From: an uncultured delta proteobacterium
Lineage (GTDB): Bacteria > Desulfobacterota > Binatia > UBA9968
DNA: 64,000 nt
NCBI GenBank assembly: GCA_963760795.1
Contig: CAVXEP010000012.1
Location: 96,001-160,000, forward strand
Direction of reading: 5' to 3'
Shown: one piece after another, positions 44,901-55,404 of the stretch
How the letters are laid out: every line of letters starts with the position of its first letter
Position numbering within the stretch: the stretch's first letter is position 1
Made by a program: the position numbers and the translations under genes
The notes under the pieces: generated by a model
What the model was told of the DNA's origin: nothing
The model's input: the letters and a program-made list of their open reading frames with translations, nothing else
The model's database searches: none

Positions 44901-45006
44901 AGCCAATAATCGAGAAGCCATGGCACTTGATTGAAAGCTAATTAAGTTTTAATGTTCAGTTACTTAAAGAGTAATATTTAGTATCGACTAATAATTTTAC
45001 TTAGAG

Positions 45007-45037
45007 TTGACAAATATTATTGATTTCGATATACGAA
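45007..45037 (+). promoter_or_regulatory. sigma70 promoter of the TonB operon with candidate operator
   Basis: TTGACA-17bp-TATACG; TTCGATATACGAA overlaps the -10; TTAG-TATCGA-CTAA at 44978-44991. Confidence 0.7.
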
Positions 45038-45045
45038 CATAATTA

Positions 45046-45120
45046 GCGGCCAGCGATCTAGAATCCAGAGCCCGGATTTTGCCGAAAAAATATCGGCAAA
45101 ATTACGGGCATTTTTATTGT
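45046..45120 (+). promoter_or_regulatory. Leader attenuator: tandem repeat units overlapping an intrinsic terminator
   Basis: GCGGCCA-GCGATCTA-GAATCCA-GAGCCC, then gcccg..attttgccga-loop-tcggcaaaat..cgggc-ATTTTTATTGTTT, before the first SD. Confidence 0.8.
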
Positions 45121-45138
45121 TTACGGAGGTCAATCTAA

Positions 45139-45351
45139 ATGTACGGCATCAAATCACCCCAGGGCAGATGGTCGGTCTCGCTTTGCAACTGTAGTCAGGA
45201 CACCGCCCACTTTCACTACGGCAGCGTCGTCCTGCACATCGCCCGTGACGACCTGCGCGAGCTTGGTCTCGCCATGCAAAGCGTCGCCGAAGGTAGCGAC
45301 CTAACTGATACGGAAAATCACATCGAGTTAAAGAAAGGTCTGGTCCAATAG
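45139..45351 (+). CDS. Small hypothetical protein with a CxC-x5-HxH motif
   Basis: GGAGG SD; LCNCSQDTAHFHYG; first gene of the operon. Confidence 0.65.
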   Translation: MYGIKSPQGRWSVSLCNCSQDTAHFHYGSVVLHIARDDLRELGLAMQSVAEGSDLTDTENHIELKKGLVQ

Positions 45352-45353
45352 TC

Positions 45354-45963
45354 ATGTCGGCATTTATTGCAATCATCATCAAAGGCGGCATCGTCATGAT
45401 CCCGCTGCTCGCTTGCTCCTTGATCTCACTCGCGCTCACCATCGAACGGTTTGTGTTTTGGGCCAAACTGAAAACCAAAGATGTCCTGGATCAAATCTTG
45501 TCATTGGTCGAAAAGGGCGAATTCGAACAAGCTCTTAAAACTGGGCAAGACCTCCAGCCAGCCAATCGCGCGGGTTTTAGCGGCGGGTATCGCGCACCGC
45601 AATCCCGCGCCGGCGAAGGCAATGGAAGCTCTGGCGCAGGCCGAGATTCCCGTGCTCAAAAGCCGCCTCGGAATTCTCGACACCATCGTGACGCTTGCCC
45701 CTCTGCTCGGATTGCTCGGCACCGTCGTCGGCATGATCGGCTCCTTCGATGTCATGTCGGAAGCGGGCATGGGGCAACCCCACGCCATTACCGGCGGAGT
45801 CGCGGAAGCGCTCATCGCCACTGCCACCGGCTTGTTGATCGCGATCTTGACCCTGGTCTCCTACAACTACTTCACCGCCAAGGTCGAGCGCGAAATGGAC
45901 CGCATGGAGCACTTCAGCTCCTCGCTGGAATTGTTGCTGCATGAACATGCGGGGAAGCATTAA
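45354..45963 (+). CDS. exbB: MotA/TolQ/ExbB proton channel (frameshift near 45545)
   Basis: GGIVMIPLL..S, LAPLLGLLGTV.GMI, GGVAEALIATA.GL. Confidence 0.9.
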
Positions 45964-46376
45964 TGCGCATTCAACGCCGCAGTATCAAGAAAGCGCGCAT
46001 CGAGATCATCCCGATGATCGACACGATCTTTTTTCTACTGGTATTTTTCATGATCTCGACCTTGTCGATGACCCAGTTCAAAGGCATGCCGGTCAATCTG
46101 CCCAAGGCGGCGTCCGGCCAGCAGGCGCCCGCCGAGAGCGCGGCGATCACGATTGATAAAGACGGCCGGTTGTTTCTCAACCAGCAAGCGATCGACAAAG
46201 CGGCTCTCGGTGAAGCTTTGAGCCAGCAACTTGCGAAGAATGCCGAGATGTTGGTCGTCATCAACGCCGACGACGGCGTTCAGCACGGCCAAGTGGTCGA
46301 AGTCATGGACATCGCCCGCGGCGCCAACGTGGCAAAGATGGCCATCGCGGTCAAACCGAAGGAGCAGAAAAAATGA
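45963..46376 (+). CDS. exbD: Biopolymer transport protein ExbD
   Basis: IIPMIDTIFFLLVFFM, VNLPKA, INAD..V.HG.VV.VMD. Confidence 0.92.
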   Translation: MRIQRRSIKKARIEIIPMIDTIFFLLVFFMISTLSMTQFKGMPVNLPKAASGQQAPAESAAITIDKDGRLFLNQQAIDKAALGEALSQQLAKNAEMLVVINADDGVQHGQVVEVMDIARGANVAKMAIAVKPKEQKK

Positions 46377-47203
46377 ACGAGCGCTGGTTGGTATCTTCAT
46401 TCACTGCGTCGTCGTTGATTCATTTGGGAATAATTCCGTTGGCTGCGTTGGTGATGCACGCCAAACCGATTAAACCCGCCATGGTTCCCATTGAGCTGGT
46501 GGATGTGGCGCGCGTCGAGGAACCGAAGAAAGTCGAAGTCCCACCGCCTCCGCCTCCTCCAGCGCCCAAACCCAGGCTGCAAAATATCACCGCGCCGAAG
46601 CTTATATCCAAACCGGATTTCGAAACCAGCCCGCTGCCGCCAACCGGCAACACCAAGGAAGAGATCAAAGAGAAACCGGTCGAACAGCCGCTCGCCTCGC
46701 TGCCGGATAACTCCGGCGCCGCCAAGGCTGGATGGAATGTCGGCGCGCGCGCCGCGGAAGCCGAAGGCAGCGCCGCCGGCGCCGGCAATCTTTTCGGCAA
46801 GGGCGACGTGGGCGTGGTCGGCGGTAGCGGCGTGGCCGGCGGTGGCGGCGGCACAGGCGCGTCGGGATTGGGTCGAGGCGCCAAGGGCGACGGCACCGGC
46901 GGCGGCGCGGGCTCCGGCGAAGCATTATCGGGTCTCGCTCGCCCGCTCGGCGGTTACCAAGTCAAGCCGCGCTATCCCGAGTCCGCCAGAAGAGCGGGTG
47001 TTCAGGGAGTAACAACGTTGCGCGTGCGTGTTTTGGAGAATGGCCGGGTCGGCGAAGTGGTGGTCGAACAGTCAGCCGGCTTCCGGGATCTCGATTTCGC
47101 CGCGATGGACGCGGTCAAAAAATGGCTCTTCGAGCCGGCTCGCCGGGGCAAAGACGCGGTGTCGGTCTGGGTGATGTTACCGGTGAAGTTCGAACTGCAC
47201 TAG
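46373..47203 (+). CDS. tonB: Energy transducer TonB
   Basis: TM SxxxH motif, Pro-rich linker, YPESARR.G.QG, W.FEPA. Confidence 0.92.
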   Translation: MNERWLVSSFTASSLIHLGIIPLAALVMHAKPIKPAMVPIELVDVARVEEPKKVEVPPPPPPPAPKPRLQNITAPKLISKPDFETSPLPPTGNTKEEIKEKPVEQPLASLPDNSGAAKAGWNVGARAAEAEGSAAGAGNLFGKGDVGVVGGSGVAGGGGGTGASGLGRGAKGDGTGGGAGSGEALSGLARPLGGYQVKPRYPESARRAGVQGVTTLRVRVLENGRVGEVVVEQSAGFRDLDFAAMDAVKKWLFEPARRGKDAVSVWVMLPVKFELH

Positions 47204-47211
47204 GAAAGACC

Positions 47212-47403
47212 ATGGGCAAAACGCTTGTGAATTTCGCTATCAAACAAACGGTCACACCGAGTCTGCCGGCCCCTTCCGGCCCAAAGCCGCGCATCGAAAG
47301 CAATCACTTGTTTCAAGGCAACAGCGAGATCGTCATCGTGCACCAAAAGGAGGAATACAACCTGCGCATCACCAGAAACGGCAAGCTAATTTTGACGAAA
47401 TAA
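47212..47403 (+). CDS. hemP: Hemin uptake regulator HemP/HmuP
   Basis: LFQG..EI.I.H..EEY.LRITRNGKLILTK signature. Confidence 0.92.
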   Translation: MGKTLVNFAIKQTVTPSLPAPSGPKPRIESNHLFQGNSEIVIVHQKEEYNLRITRNGKLILTK

Positions 47404-47414
47404 TGTTTATGACG

Positions 47415-47488
47415 AAGCCAGCCATCCTCTCCTCCGGACGTGGAAAGCCAGCCAATCAAGCAACCCAAACACTATGGAGGATGAGATG
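47415..47488 (+). promoter_or_regulatory. HemP-responsive direct repeats with an anti-SD segment
   Basis: AAGCCAGCCA at 47415 and 47445; CATCCTCTCCTCC between them is complementary to GGAGGATGAGATG. Confidence 0.7.
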
Positions 47489-49662
47489 AGTCGGCAACAA
47501 AAGCGTGCGATCGAAAGAAAGAAGGGCAAGACGGCGTTCCAAAAACTCTGTCTTGCCGCGGGCGAAGGAGTTGGCAAGGCGATGGCTTTCAGCTTTGCGT
47601 TGGCAAGCCACGCAGGCGCGGCGGAGCCGAAAAAAGAGGAACCGATCACCCTGCCGCCTGTGGTGGTGCAGGATCAAGGCAGCCCCTACACTGCCGGAAT
47701 CGTCCCTGTCGAGAATACCTGTACCACTGCAGGATATGCCACAGTCGATTACCGTGATACCGCAACGATTAATGCAGGAACGCGGAGCTGCTAGCTTCCA
47801 CGATGCGTTGCGCAGTGTACCCGGTATTAGTTTCCAAGCAGGCGAAGGGCGGCGCTCAGGGCAACAATTTGACGTTGCGAGGCTATAACGCGAGGAACGA
47901 CCTTTTCATTGACGGGGTTCGCGATCAGGGCTCGTATTTTCGCGATATATTCAATCTCGAATCGATTGAGGTTCTAAAAGGACCGTCCTCACCTATACTT
48001 CGGCCGTGGCTCGACCGGTGGCGCGATCAATCAGGTCAGCAAAGTTCCACAGCTTACGCCGAGCTACGGCGGCATGTTTGCTCTGGCGGCAACGGGGTTT
48101 ATTTGCGGGGCACGAGCGATGTCAACCACCCAATAACCCGGTCGCCCACGCGGCTTTCCGCGTCAACTTGATGGCCCACAAGGACGATATTGTCGAGTCG
48201 CGACATTTCAGAGCAGCAACGATTGGGATTTGCGCCGTCGATCTCGTTCGGTCTCGGCACCCCAACCCAGTTAACCTTGAGCTATCTTATTCAAGGCGAA
48301 GACAATATTCCGGATTATGGTTTGCCCTACGTGGAATGGCAACCCGTTCCGCACCGACCGGAACAGCTTCTATGGCTTTGACCAGTGAAGATTACGAAGA
48401 AGACAATGCTGAATCTCGGCACGTCGCGGCTGGATCATCGCTTCAACGATATTTTCAGCTTGCGGAATACCCTACGCTACAGTCATAACGACCGGGAGCA
48501 CGAAACCACAGCGCCACGCGTCAATGTCATCCCCACCCTGTTCACCAGGAATAGACCGGCGCGCGATATTACTGAGGCGCTTCTCAGCAACCAAACGGAT
48601 CTAACCGCCAAGTTCGACACGTGGGGCTTTAAGCATGCATTAGTCTCAGGGCTCGAGTTTTCCCGGGACTGGTTGGATCGAACCAATTGATGCTTTCGTG
48701 GGAGCGCCGCCGGCAAACGCTATCAATCCAAACCCATACGCCAGTACCGCGGGCATGTCACACTCGGCTATCGCAGCGCGCAGACGGCGCCGCCTTCGGA
48801 TTCGGCATCTTCGCCGCAGATCAAATCAAACTGAACGAGTATTTTGAACTCGTCGGCGGCGTCCGTTGGGATTATTTCGACAACGACTTCGAAGGATCAC
48901 GCATAATACCCTGACGCGATAAGCTCGTTCGGACGGGTCGACGGATAAAATGTGGAGTTATCGGGGCGGACTGATCTTTCACCCGACCCCGTCACAGAGC
49001 TACTATTTCTCCTATGCGACCTCGTTCAATCCCTCCGCCGAAGCCATCCCTCAGCCAGCCACCAACGGTACTCCTCCGGAAAAGAATAGAATCTTCGAAA
49101 TCGGCGGAAAAGTGGAATTCTTCAATGGAACCTTAAACCTGCAAGGCGCTGTATTTAGAATCGACAAAACCAATGCCCGTGTAACTGATCCATTAGACCC
49201 AACCGGGACGCTCGTGCTTGACGGTGAGCAACGTGTTCAGGGTGTGGAATTCGGCATCGCTGGCCGCATTCTCCCCAACTTGAATGTGTTCGCTGGATAC
49301 ACTTTTCTCGATTCGAAGTTTCGCAAATCCCCGACCCCAGCCGTCGAGGGCAATCCGATATTAAACGTGCCGAAGCACAGCGCGAACTGTGGGTAACCTA
49401 CGACTTTTTCGAAAAGTGGCAGATCGGCGGGGGGCCGACGTATGTCAGCAGCTCGATCTACAACAATGCCGCGAACGTCACCCGTGTCCCGGTTCATGTT
49501 CTCTGGGACGCGACGGTGGCGTATCAGCTAACCAAGAATTTCCAATTCCGGCTCAATGGTATCAATCTTACCAATGACCATTACTATTCGGCTCTCAGCG
49601 GAGGAAACGTGTTGCCTGGAAATGGGCGCACGTTCATCCTCAGCACGAGCTTCAAGTTCTAA
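47486..49662 (+). CDS. TonB-dependent siderophore receptor (Fiu/PiuA-like), multiple frameshifts
   Basis: [47 protein letters not shown]-terminal F, spread over at least 6 ORF pieces. Confidence 0.85.
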
Positions 49663-49676
49663 GGAGTCCGACAAAA

Positions 49677-50357
49677 ATGATCGTCCAAGTGCCCAATGTC
49701 CTGAACTCCGAACAGCTCGCGCGCTGCCGTGAAGTGATGCAGCGCGCGGGCTGGATCGATGGCCGCGTGACGGCAGGGTATCAATCCGCCGTGGTCAAGG
49801 ACAACCGCCAGCTACCGGAGAATAGCCCGGAGGCGCGGGAGCTCGGCGATATGATCGTGGCAGCCCTGGAGCGCAACCCGCTGTTTATCACGGCGACGTT
49901 GCCGCTCCGGGTCTTCCCGCCTCTATTCAACCGCTACGAAGGCGGCGAATCATTCGGCGCGCATCTGGACAATTCCATCCGGCAGATTCCCGGCACACCG
50001 CTGCGCGTGCGCACGGATATTTCCGCGACGCTGTTTCTCAGCGCGCCGGAAGACTACGACGGCGGCGAGCTGGTCGTCGACGACGTTTACGGCGCCCACG
50101 CGGTGAAGCTTGGCGCCGGCGACATGGTGGTTTATCCGGCGAGCAGCCTGCACCACGTCAAGCCGGTGACGCGGGGAGTTCGTCTCGCGTCGTTTTTCTG
50201 GGTGCAGAGCATGGTGCGCGACGACGGCACTCGAACTCTGCTTTTCGATCTCGATATGGCGATCAACAAAGTCAATCAAGCTCTGCCAAATCACGGCGCC
50301 GTGGTGGAGCTGACCAATTGTTATCACAACTTGCTGCGGCGCTTCGCGGAGGTGTGA
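49677..50357 (+). CDS. piuC: PKHD-type Fe(II)/2OG dioxygenase
   Basis: [40 protein letters not shown]. Confidence 0.93.
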   Translation: MIVQVPNVLNSEQLARCREVMQRAGWIDGRVTAGYQSAVVKDNRQLPENSPEARELGDMIVAALERNPLFITATLPLRVFPPLFNRYEGGESFGAHLDNSIRQIPGTPLRVRTDISATLFLSAPEDYDGGELVVDDVYGAHAVKLGAGDMVVYPASSLHHVKPVTRGVRLASFFWVQSMVRDDGTRTLLFDLDMAINKVNQALPNHGAVVELTNCYHNLLRRFAEV

Positions 50358-50358
50358 C

Positions 50359-50891
50359 ATGAATAGGCGATCAAGAATGATCTCGGCCATCGCCCTCGTG
50401 CTGGTTGCCGGCTGCGCCGCGGCCGCGCCGGTGGATGAATCCGCCGCGCGCGGATCTCCGTCGCCTTCATCGAACCGGAGAAATTCACCGACGCGCGCCG
50501 CGCCGAGCTGGAGCCGACATCGACGGGCATCGTCGGCGAACTGCAAAAATTTATCATCACGACCGGCGCGCGCTACATCCCTGAGAATATGACACTGAAT
50601 ATCCGGATCACTGACATCGACCTCGCCGGCGACTTCGAATTGTTTCGCGGTCCGCAAGCGGACCAAGTGCGCATTGTCAAAGGTCTCTACCCGCCCCACA
50701 TCGTGCTTGAGTTCGAGATCATCGATAGCGCCGCGACGGTGGTCAAATCCGGCAAACGCGACTTGACCGATATCAATTACCAACTCCGCAGCGTTTACCC
50801 GAGAGAAGACTATCTACGCTACGAAAAGGATATCTTGCGCGACTGGCTGCGCGCCGAGCTTGGTGTTCTGAAGGCCGGCAAGACCAACTAG
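50359..50891 (+). CDS. DUF3016-like exported protein (frameshift near 50455)
   Basis: F.EPEKFTD, ITDIDLAGDFE, VRIVK.LYPP.I, LRYEK.IL.DW. Confidence 0.8.
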
Positions 50892-50907
50892 CGCCCGAGG
50901 AGACGGC

Positions 50908-52730
50908 ATGAAGCTGCTGCATAAAATCATTTTTTGGTCCCACCTGCTCGCCGGCGTTATCGGCGGCACCGTCATCTTCATCATGTCGGCGACCGGCGTC
51001 ATCCTGATGTACGAGCGCCAACTGGTCGAATACGCCGAACGACGACGTGCGCGAGGTCGTGCCGCCGGATGCCAATGCGCAGCGCATAAGCCTGGATGAA
51101 CTGGTAGCCAAGGCGCGCGCGCAGAATCCCAAAGCCCAGCCCACAGGCGTGGTCCTGCGCAACGAACCGACCGCATCCGTCGCCGTCGGCTTCGGTCGTG
51201 AAGGCGCAACCTACGTGAATCCATATACCGGGGCGATCCTCGGCTCGGAATCGAAACTGCATGACTGGTTTCACGACGTCGTCGATTGGCACCGCTGGCT
51301 CGGCACGGAGGGCGAAGGCCGTGTCACCGCGCGCGCCATCACCGGTGCTTGCAACCTAGCGTTTTTCTGGCTGGCGCTTACCGGAGTCTATCTCTGGTGG
51401 CCGCGCAGTTGGCACTGGCGGGGATTGAAGCCGAGCCTCCTTTTCAATTTCCACCTCCGCGGCAAAGCGCGCGACTGGAACTGGCACAACGTCATCGGTT
51501 TTTGGTCGTCCGTCGGTGCTCGTCGTTCTCACGCTCACCGCGGCGGTGATGTCTTATCCGTGGGCCAACGATCTGCTCTACACATTGACCGGCAGCGAGC
51601 CGCCGCCAAGAGCGCAAGCCCCCGGCCCTGCGGCTCAAGCGCAGCAGCGGCGCGGCGCGGGCACAGAGACGCGCGAGCGCAAGCCGATGGCAAGCTTCGA
51701 TGCCTTCCTGGCGCGCGCCGATCAGCAAGCTCCCGGTTGGATCATGATGACGATGCGCCTGCCGCCGCGCGGCGATGGACCGGTCACGGTCTTGATTCAA
51801 GAGCCGACAGCGCCGCATATTTTCGCGCGCTCGCAACTGGCGCTCAATCGCTCCAGTGCCGAAGTCATAAAATGGGAGCCCTACGCCGCCGCCAGTCCGG
51901 GACGAAAGCTGCGAGTCTGGGTGCGCGGTCTTCACACTGGCGAGGCTCTCGGTTTCGCCGGCCAGACCGTCGCCGGCCTGGCGTCTCTCGGCGGCTGTTT
52001 CCTGGTTTGGACCGGCCTCGCAATGGCTTGGCGGCGTTTCCGCTACCGTAAACGCGATGCCGAAGACGCAACCACTGTGGAATATGTAACCGCGCCGGTG
52101 CAAGCCAGTCCCGAAGTCGTGCACACCGCGCCGCAGACCAATGAAGCATCAAAGGAGGCAACGAGAATCGACATGGAAGAAACGACCTCTAGCGCAACCA
52201 ACGGCCATGCTCACAACGGCCACGAGGACGCCCGCGCCCAATGGACCGGCGCGCCCGACAACGGCGATTCAGTACTCGTTCTGTACGGCACCGTCACCGG
52301 CAACGCCGAGTTGCTGGCGAATAAGCTGTCGGCGGCGCTACGCCGCGCCGGCGTAGCAGCTCGGGCACGAGACATGGCGCACTGCCAACCCAGCGTGTTG
52401 ACGCAGGCAAATTGCGTACTGGTGGTGATCAGCACCTACGGCGACGGCGAGCCGCCTGACGATGCCGCGTCGTTCTGGAAGGCTGTGGTGCAAGGCAATA
52501 GCCTCGATCTGCGCGGCGTCAAGTTTTCCGTGCTCGCCCTCGGCAACACCACCTACGATCATTTCTGCAAGTGTGGCCGCGACTTCGACGCCGCCCTGGA
52601 GCGCCACGGCGGCATACGAATCCATCCGCGCGTCGATTGCGACGTCGATTACGACACGCCGGCCAAGCATTGGCTCGACGGCGTGCTGGCGCAACTCCTC
52701 GACGACGAACGCAGCGCTCACTCGGCATAA
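50908..52730 (+). CDS. PepSY-associated TM helix protein (PiuB-like) with a C-terminal flavodoxin domain (2 frameshifts)
   Basis: FWSHL.AG, WHRWL, TGVYLWWP, WNWHNVIG, LHTGE; then LYGTVTGNAE, STYGDGEPPD, ALGN..YDHFC. Confidence 0.85.
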
Positions 52731-52747
52731 ACCAAAGGAGAACCCTC

Positions 52748-53428
52748 ATGACCAAGTTGATTTCCCTTTTCACGATGCTTGCGACGCTGTCGTTAATTCC
52801 TTCCGCTCACGCTCATTTCCTTTGGCTCGAACGTGACGGTGACGGCCCGGCGCGCGCCTACTTCGGCGAATGGATCGACGATATCCGCGAAAAAACCGGC
52901 GGGCTGCTCGACCGATTCAAAGCGCCGCGCGTATTTGTCGGCGCGAACAACGAACCGCTCCAGGTTAAACGCAATGAAAATAACCTCGAATTCGCAGCCA
53001 AAGGAGCTGGCGACGTGCGCTTCGTGGACAGCAGCGTGCCAGCGCGCGACGACAACGAAAAAGGCGGAACTACCAAGACAATCTATTACGCCAAGCATGG
53101 GCGTTCGGAAACCGCGGCGAAGCTCGACTTGGAGTTAGTGCCCACAGAAGCCAACGGTAAAACCTTTGTGCTAATTTTGCTCGGTTCACCGCTTCCTAAA
53201 GCCGAAGTCACGATCATCGGCCCGTCCAAGTGGGAAAAGCCGTTAACCACCGATGAACAGGGCCGTGTCACTCTGCCGATGCCCTGGACGGGTCGCTACG
53301 TTTTGGAAGTGACCCACTTCGATGACAAGGCCAGCGGCAGCGGTAGCGAAAAATTCAACCGGACGCGCCATATATCGTCGCTTTCGTTTGTGCAGCAGGA
53401 CGGCATACCCTGGATCGATAAGCGCTAA
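52748..53428 (+). CDS. DUF4198-like periplasmic metal-transport accessory protein
   Basis: Signal peptide AHA followed by HFLWLE; YFGEW, TDEQGRV. Confidence 0.7.
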   Translation: MTKLISLFTMLATLSLIPSAHAHFLWLERDGDGPARAYFGEWIDDIREKTGGLLDRFKAPRVFVGANNEPLQVKRNENNLEFAAKGAGDVRFVDSSVPARDDNEKGGTTKTIYYAKHGRSETAAKLDLELVPTEANGKTFVLILLGSPLPKAEVTIIGPSKWEKPLTTDEQGRVTLPMPWTGRYVLEVTHFDDKASGSGSEKFNRTRHISSLSFVQQDGIPWIDKR

Positions 53429-53639
53429 TCTTTCGCTTGGTGAAACAGTTATGGATAGTTTGATTCAAAAGGCACTAGCTGTTTCTCGGCTCACGGCGCA
53501 ATTTCCGGTTGATACTATTTTCTCCGCTACGGTCTGGTTCGAAGAGATGATGGTAATCTCGCTTGACAATATCGACGTGCAACTAAGTCCGTTTAATTGA
53601 TACGATTAAACGGTTTCCACTCTATCGGAAGGAGCTTGG

Positions 53640-54467
53640 ATGAACCAACCAGAACCCCAAAAAGTCCGTCGAGTTCGCCAGAGGCCGCGCATAGTCGAAG
53701 TCGTGCACGTTGAACGCCTTACACCGCATATGACCCGCGTGGTTTTTGCCGGAGAGGAATTGGAAGGCTTTGCGACCCGAGGCCCGGCGGAGCACTTGAA
53801 AGTAAACTTCCCAGCTCCAGGTGAACCGACGGTGGTGCTCCCGGAATGGGGACCCGAAGGGCCGATCCTTCACGAGGGGCAGCAACGACCTTTGAACCGC
53901 ACCTACACACCGCGACGATGGGACGAGAAAGCGAGGGAATTAACCGTTGATTTCCTACTCCATGGCGAAGGCCCGGGCACCACTTGGGCACAGCAAGCCA
54001 AACCGGGGCAGGTGGTGGCTGTGTCTCATCAGCCAGGAGGCGCGTACAAAGTAGATGCCACAGCGGACTGGTACTTTATCGGCGGCGACGCGGCGGCGCT
54101 GCCTGCGGTGGCGACGCTCCTCGAAGCGCTGCCTCCGACGTGTTTCGCCTATGCGTTCGTTGAGGTGGCGGACGATGCCGAAGAACTGCAGCTGAATTCG
54201 CCGGCACAGTTACAACTAACGTGGCTGCACCACAGCGGGGCGACCCAACCGGTCGGGCGGAGTCTGGAGCAGGCGGTGCGAGAATTTCCATTCCCGGATG
54301 GCAACGGCCGGGTCTGGATCGGCTGCGAAGCCGGCATCATGCGGAACATCCGCCGCCATCTGTTGAACGAGCGTGACATGGACCGGTCTAATATCCACAC
54401 CCAAGGTTACTGGAAGTACGGCGCGGTGAATCACCCCGACAACGACCGAGGAAAGGACTTGGACTAG
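53640..54467 (+). CDS. Siderophore-interacting protein (ViuB/YqjH family)
   Basis: LTPHMTRV, RTYTPR, DFLLHG.GP, GD..ALPA, GYWK. Confidence 0.93.
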   Translation: MNQPEPQKVRRVRQRPRIVEVVHVERLTPHMTRVVFAGEELEGFATRGPAEHLKVNFPAPGEPTVVLPEWGPEGPILHEGQQRPLNRTYTPRRWDEKARELTVDFLLHGEGPGTTWAQQAKPGQVVAVSHQPGGAYKVDATADWYFIGGDAAALPAVATLLEALPPTCFAYAFVEVADDAEELQLNSPAQLQLTWLHHSGATQPVGRSLEQAVREFPFPDGNGRVWIGCEAGIMRNIRRHLLNERDMDRSNIHTQGYWKYGAVNHPDNDRGKDLD

Positions 54468-54612
54468 AGAGTTATTGTCAAGCTAGAGGTTTAGTTGACG
54501 GACTATCGGGACTCGCGCTCTGTACAGCGACCGCCGTCGTCCATTGGCATATCGCCCGGCCTGGGCGAGAACGACCTACAGGAAAAGTAAAGATCAGCTA
54601 AATTTCCCGGAC

Positions 54613-55091
54613 CTAGCTCTTCTTGTATATCTGTTGCGCGAGGTAATTTTGGTATCCGACTTCTTCAATCTCATGCAGCTGGGTTTCGATCCAGTCGACA
54701 TGCGCTTTCTTCATCAACGAGAATATGCTCCAAAAGCTCCCGGCTGGCGTTGTCACTCGCGTCGAAGCAGCTCTTGATGCCGCCTTTTAAAACTGCCAGT
54801 GCGCCCTCTTCCAATCCAAGATCATTTGCCAATTGCTGTTTCACCGATCGCTCCGACGCTGATTTTGTCATAAGCGGTGAGATTGGGAATCCCTTCGAGG
54901 AAAAGAATCCGTTCGATAATTTGATCGGCGTGCTTCATCTCTTCAATGGATTCTTTCCACGCCACCCCTGCCAGCACCTCGTAGCCCCAGTTTTTGCACA
55001 TCTTGGAGTGAATAAAATACTGATTGACGCCGGTAAGCTCTTTGCGCAGCACTTCGTTAAGAACCTTGATGACTTCAGGACTTCCTTTCAT
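54613..55091 (-). CDS. bfr: Bacterioferritin (two frameshifts)
   Basis: MKG, ELT..NQYF.H, ESIEEMKHAD (heme Met), RILFLEG.PN, DWIETQL, NYLAQQ. Confidence 0.92.
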
Positions 55092-55404
55092 ACCTTACCT
55101 CCGTACGGTTTATCTAAGCATGTACTTCGGCAAAGAACAAAGCGGATTATAGACTTTTGCTGAATTTTTCCAGCCGCCGATTCTCATCGGACGTCCTCTC
55201 TGTCATTCTCAATAGGACCATAGTCCACTTTGATCAATTGCCCGTGAACACTTTCGCCATCAGAAAACTAAAGACACCGGTGTTTCCCATAGTTGAAGTT
55301 TTTTGCAGCCCACATTTTCAACAATGACAATTTATCTTTGGTCCAGCCTCGATAAACCAAGCCAATCGGACGCGGCACGCTAAGTGCTTCTTCAGCTAAA
55401 CAAA

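Noticed and set aside
44921-44938. sigma54-like TGGCAC downstream of the com-like gene
   Set aside because: Followed by TTGA-TTGAA; no GC at the required -12 spacing
47486-49662. TBDR as a true pseudogene or programmed-frameshift gene
   Set aside because: All parts are present in order, ending in the C-terminal Phe; similar indels hit essential genes; no consistent slippery sites
55175-55215. Fur-box-like ATTCTCA half-sites upstream of bfr
   Set aside because: Only half-sites; no 7-1-7 or 19-bp palindrome
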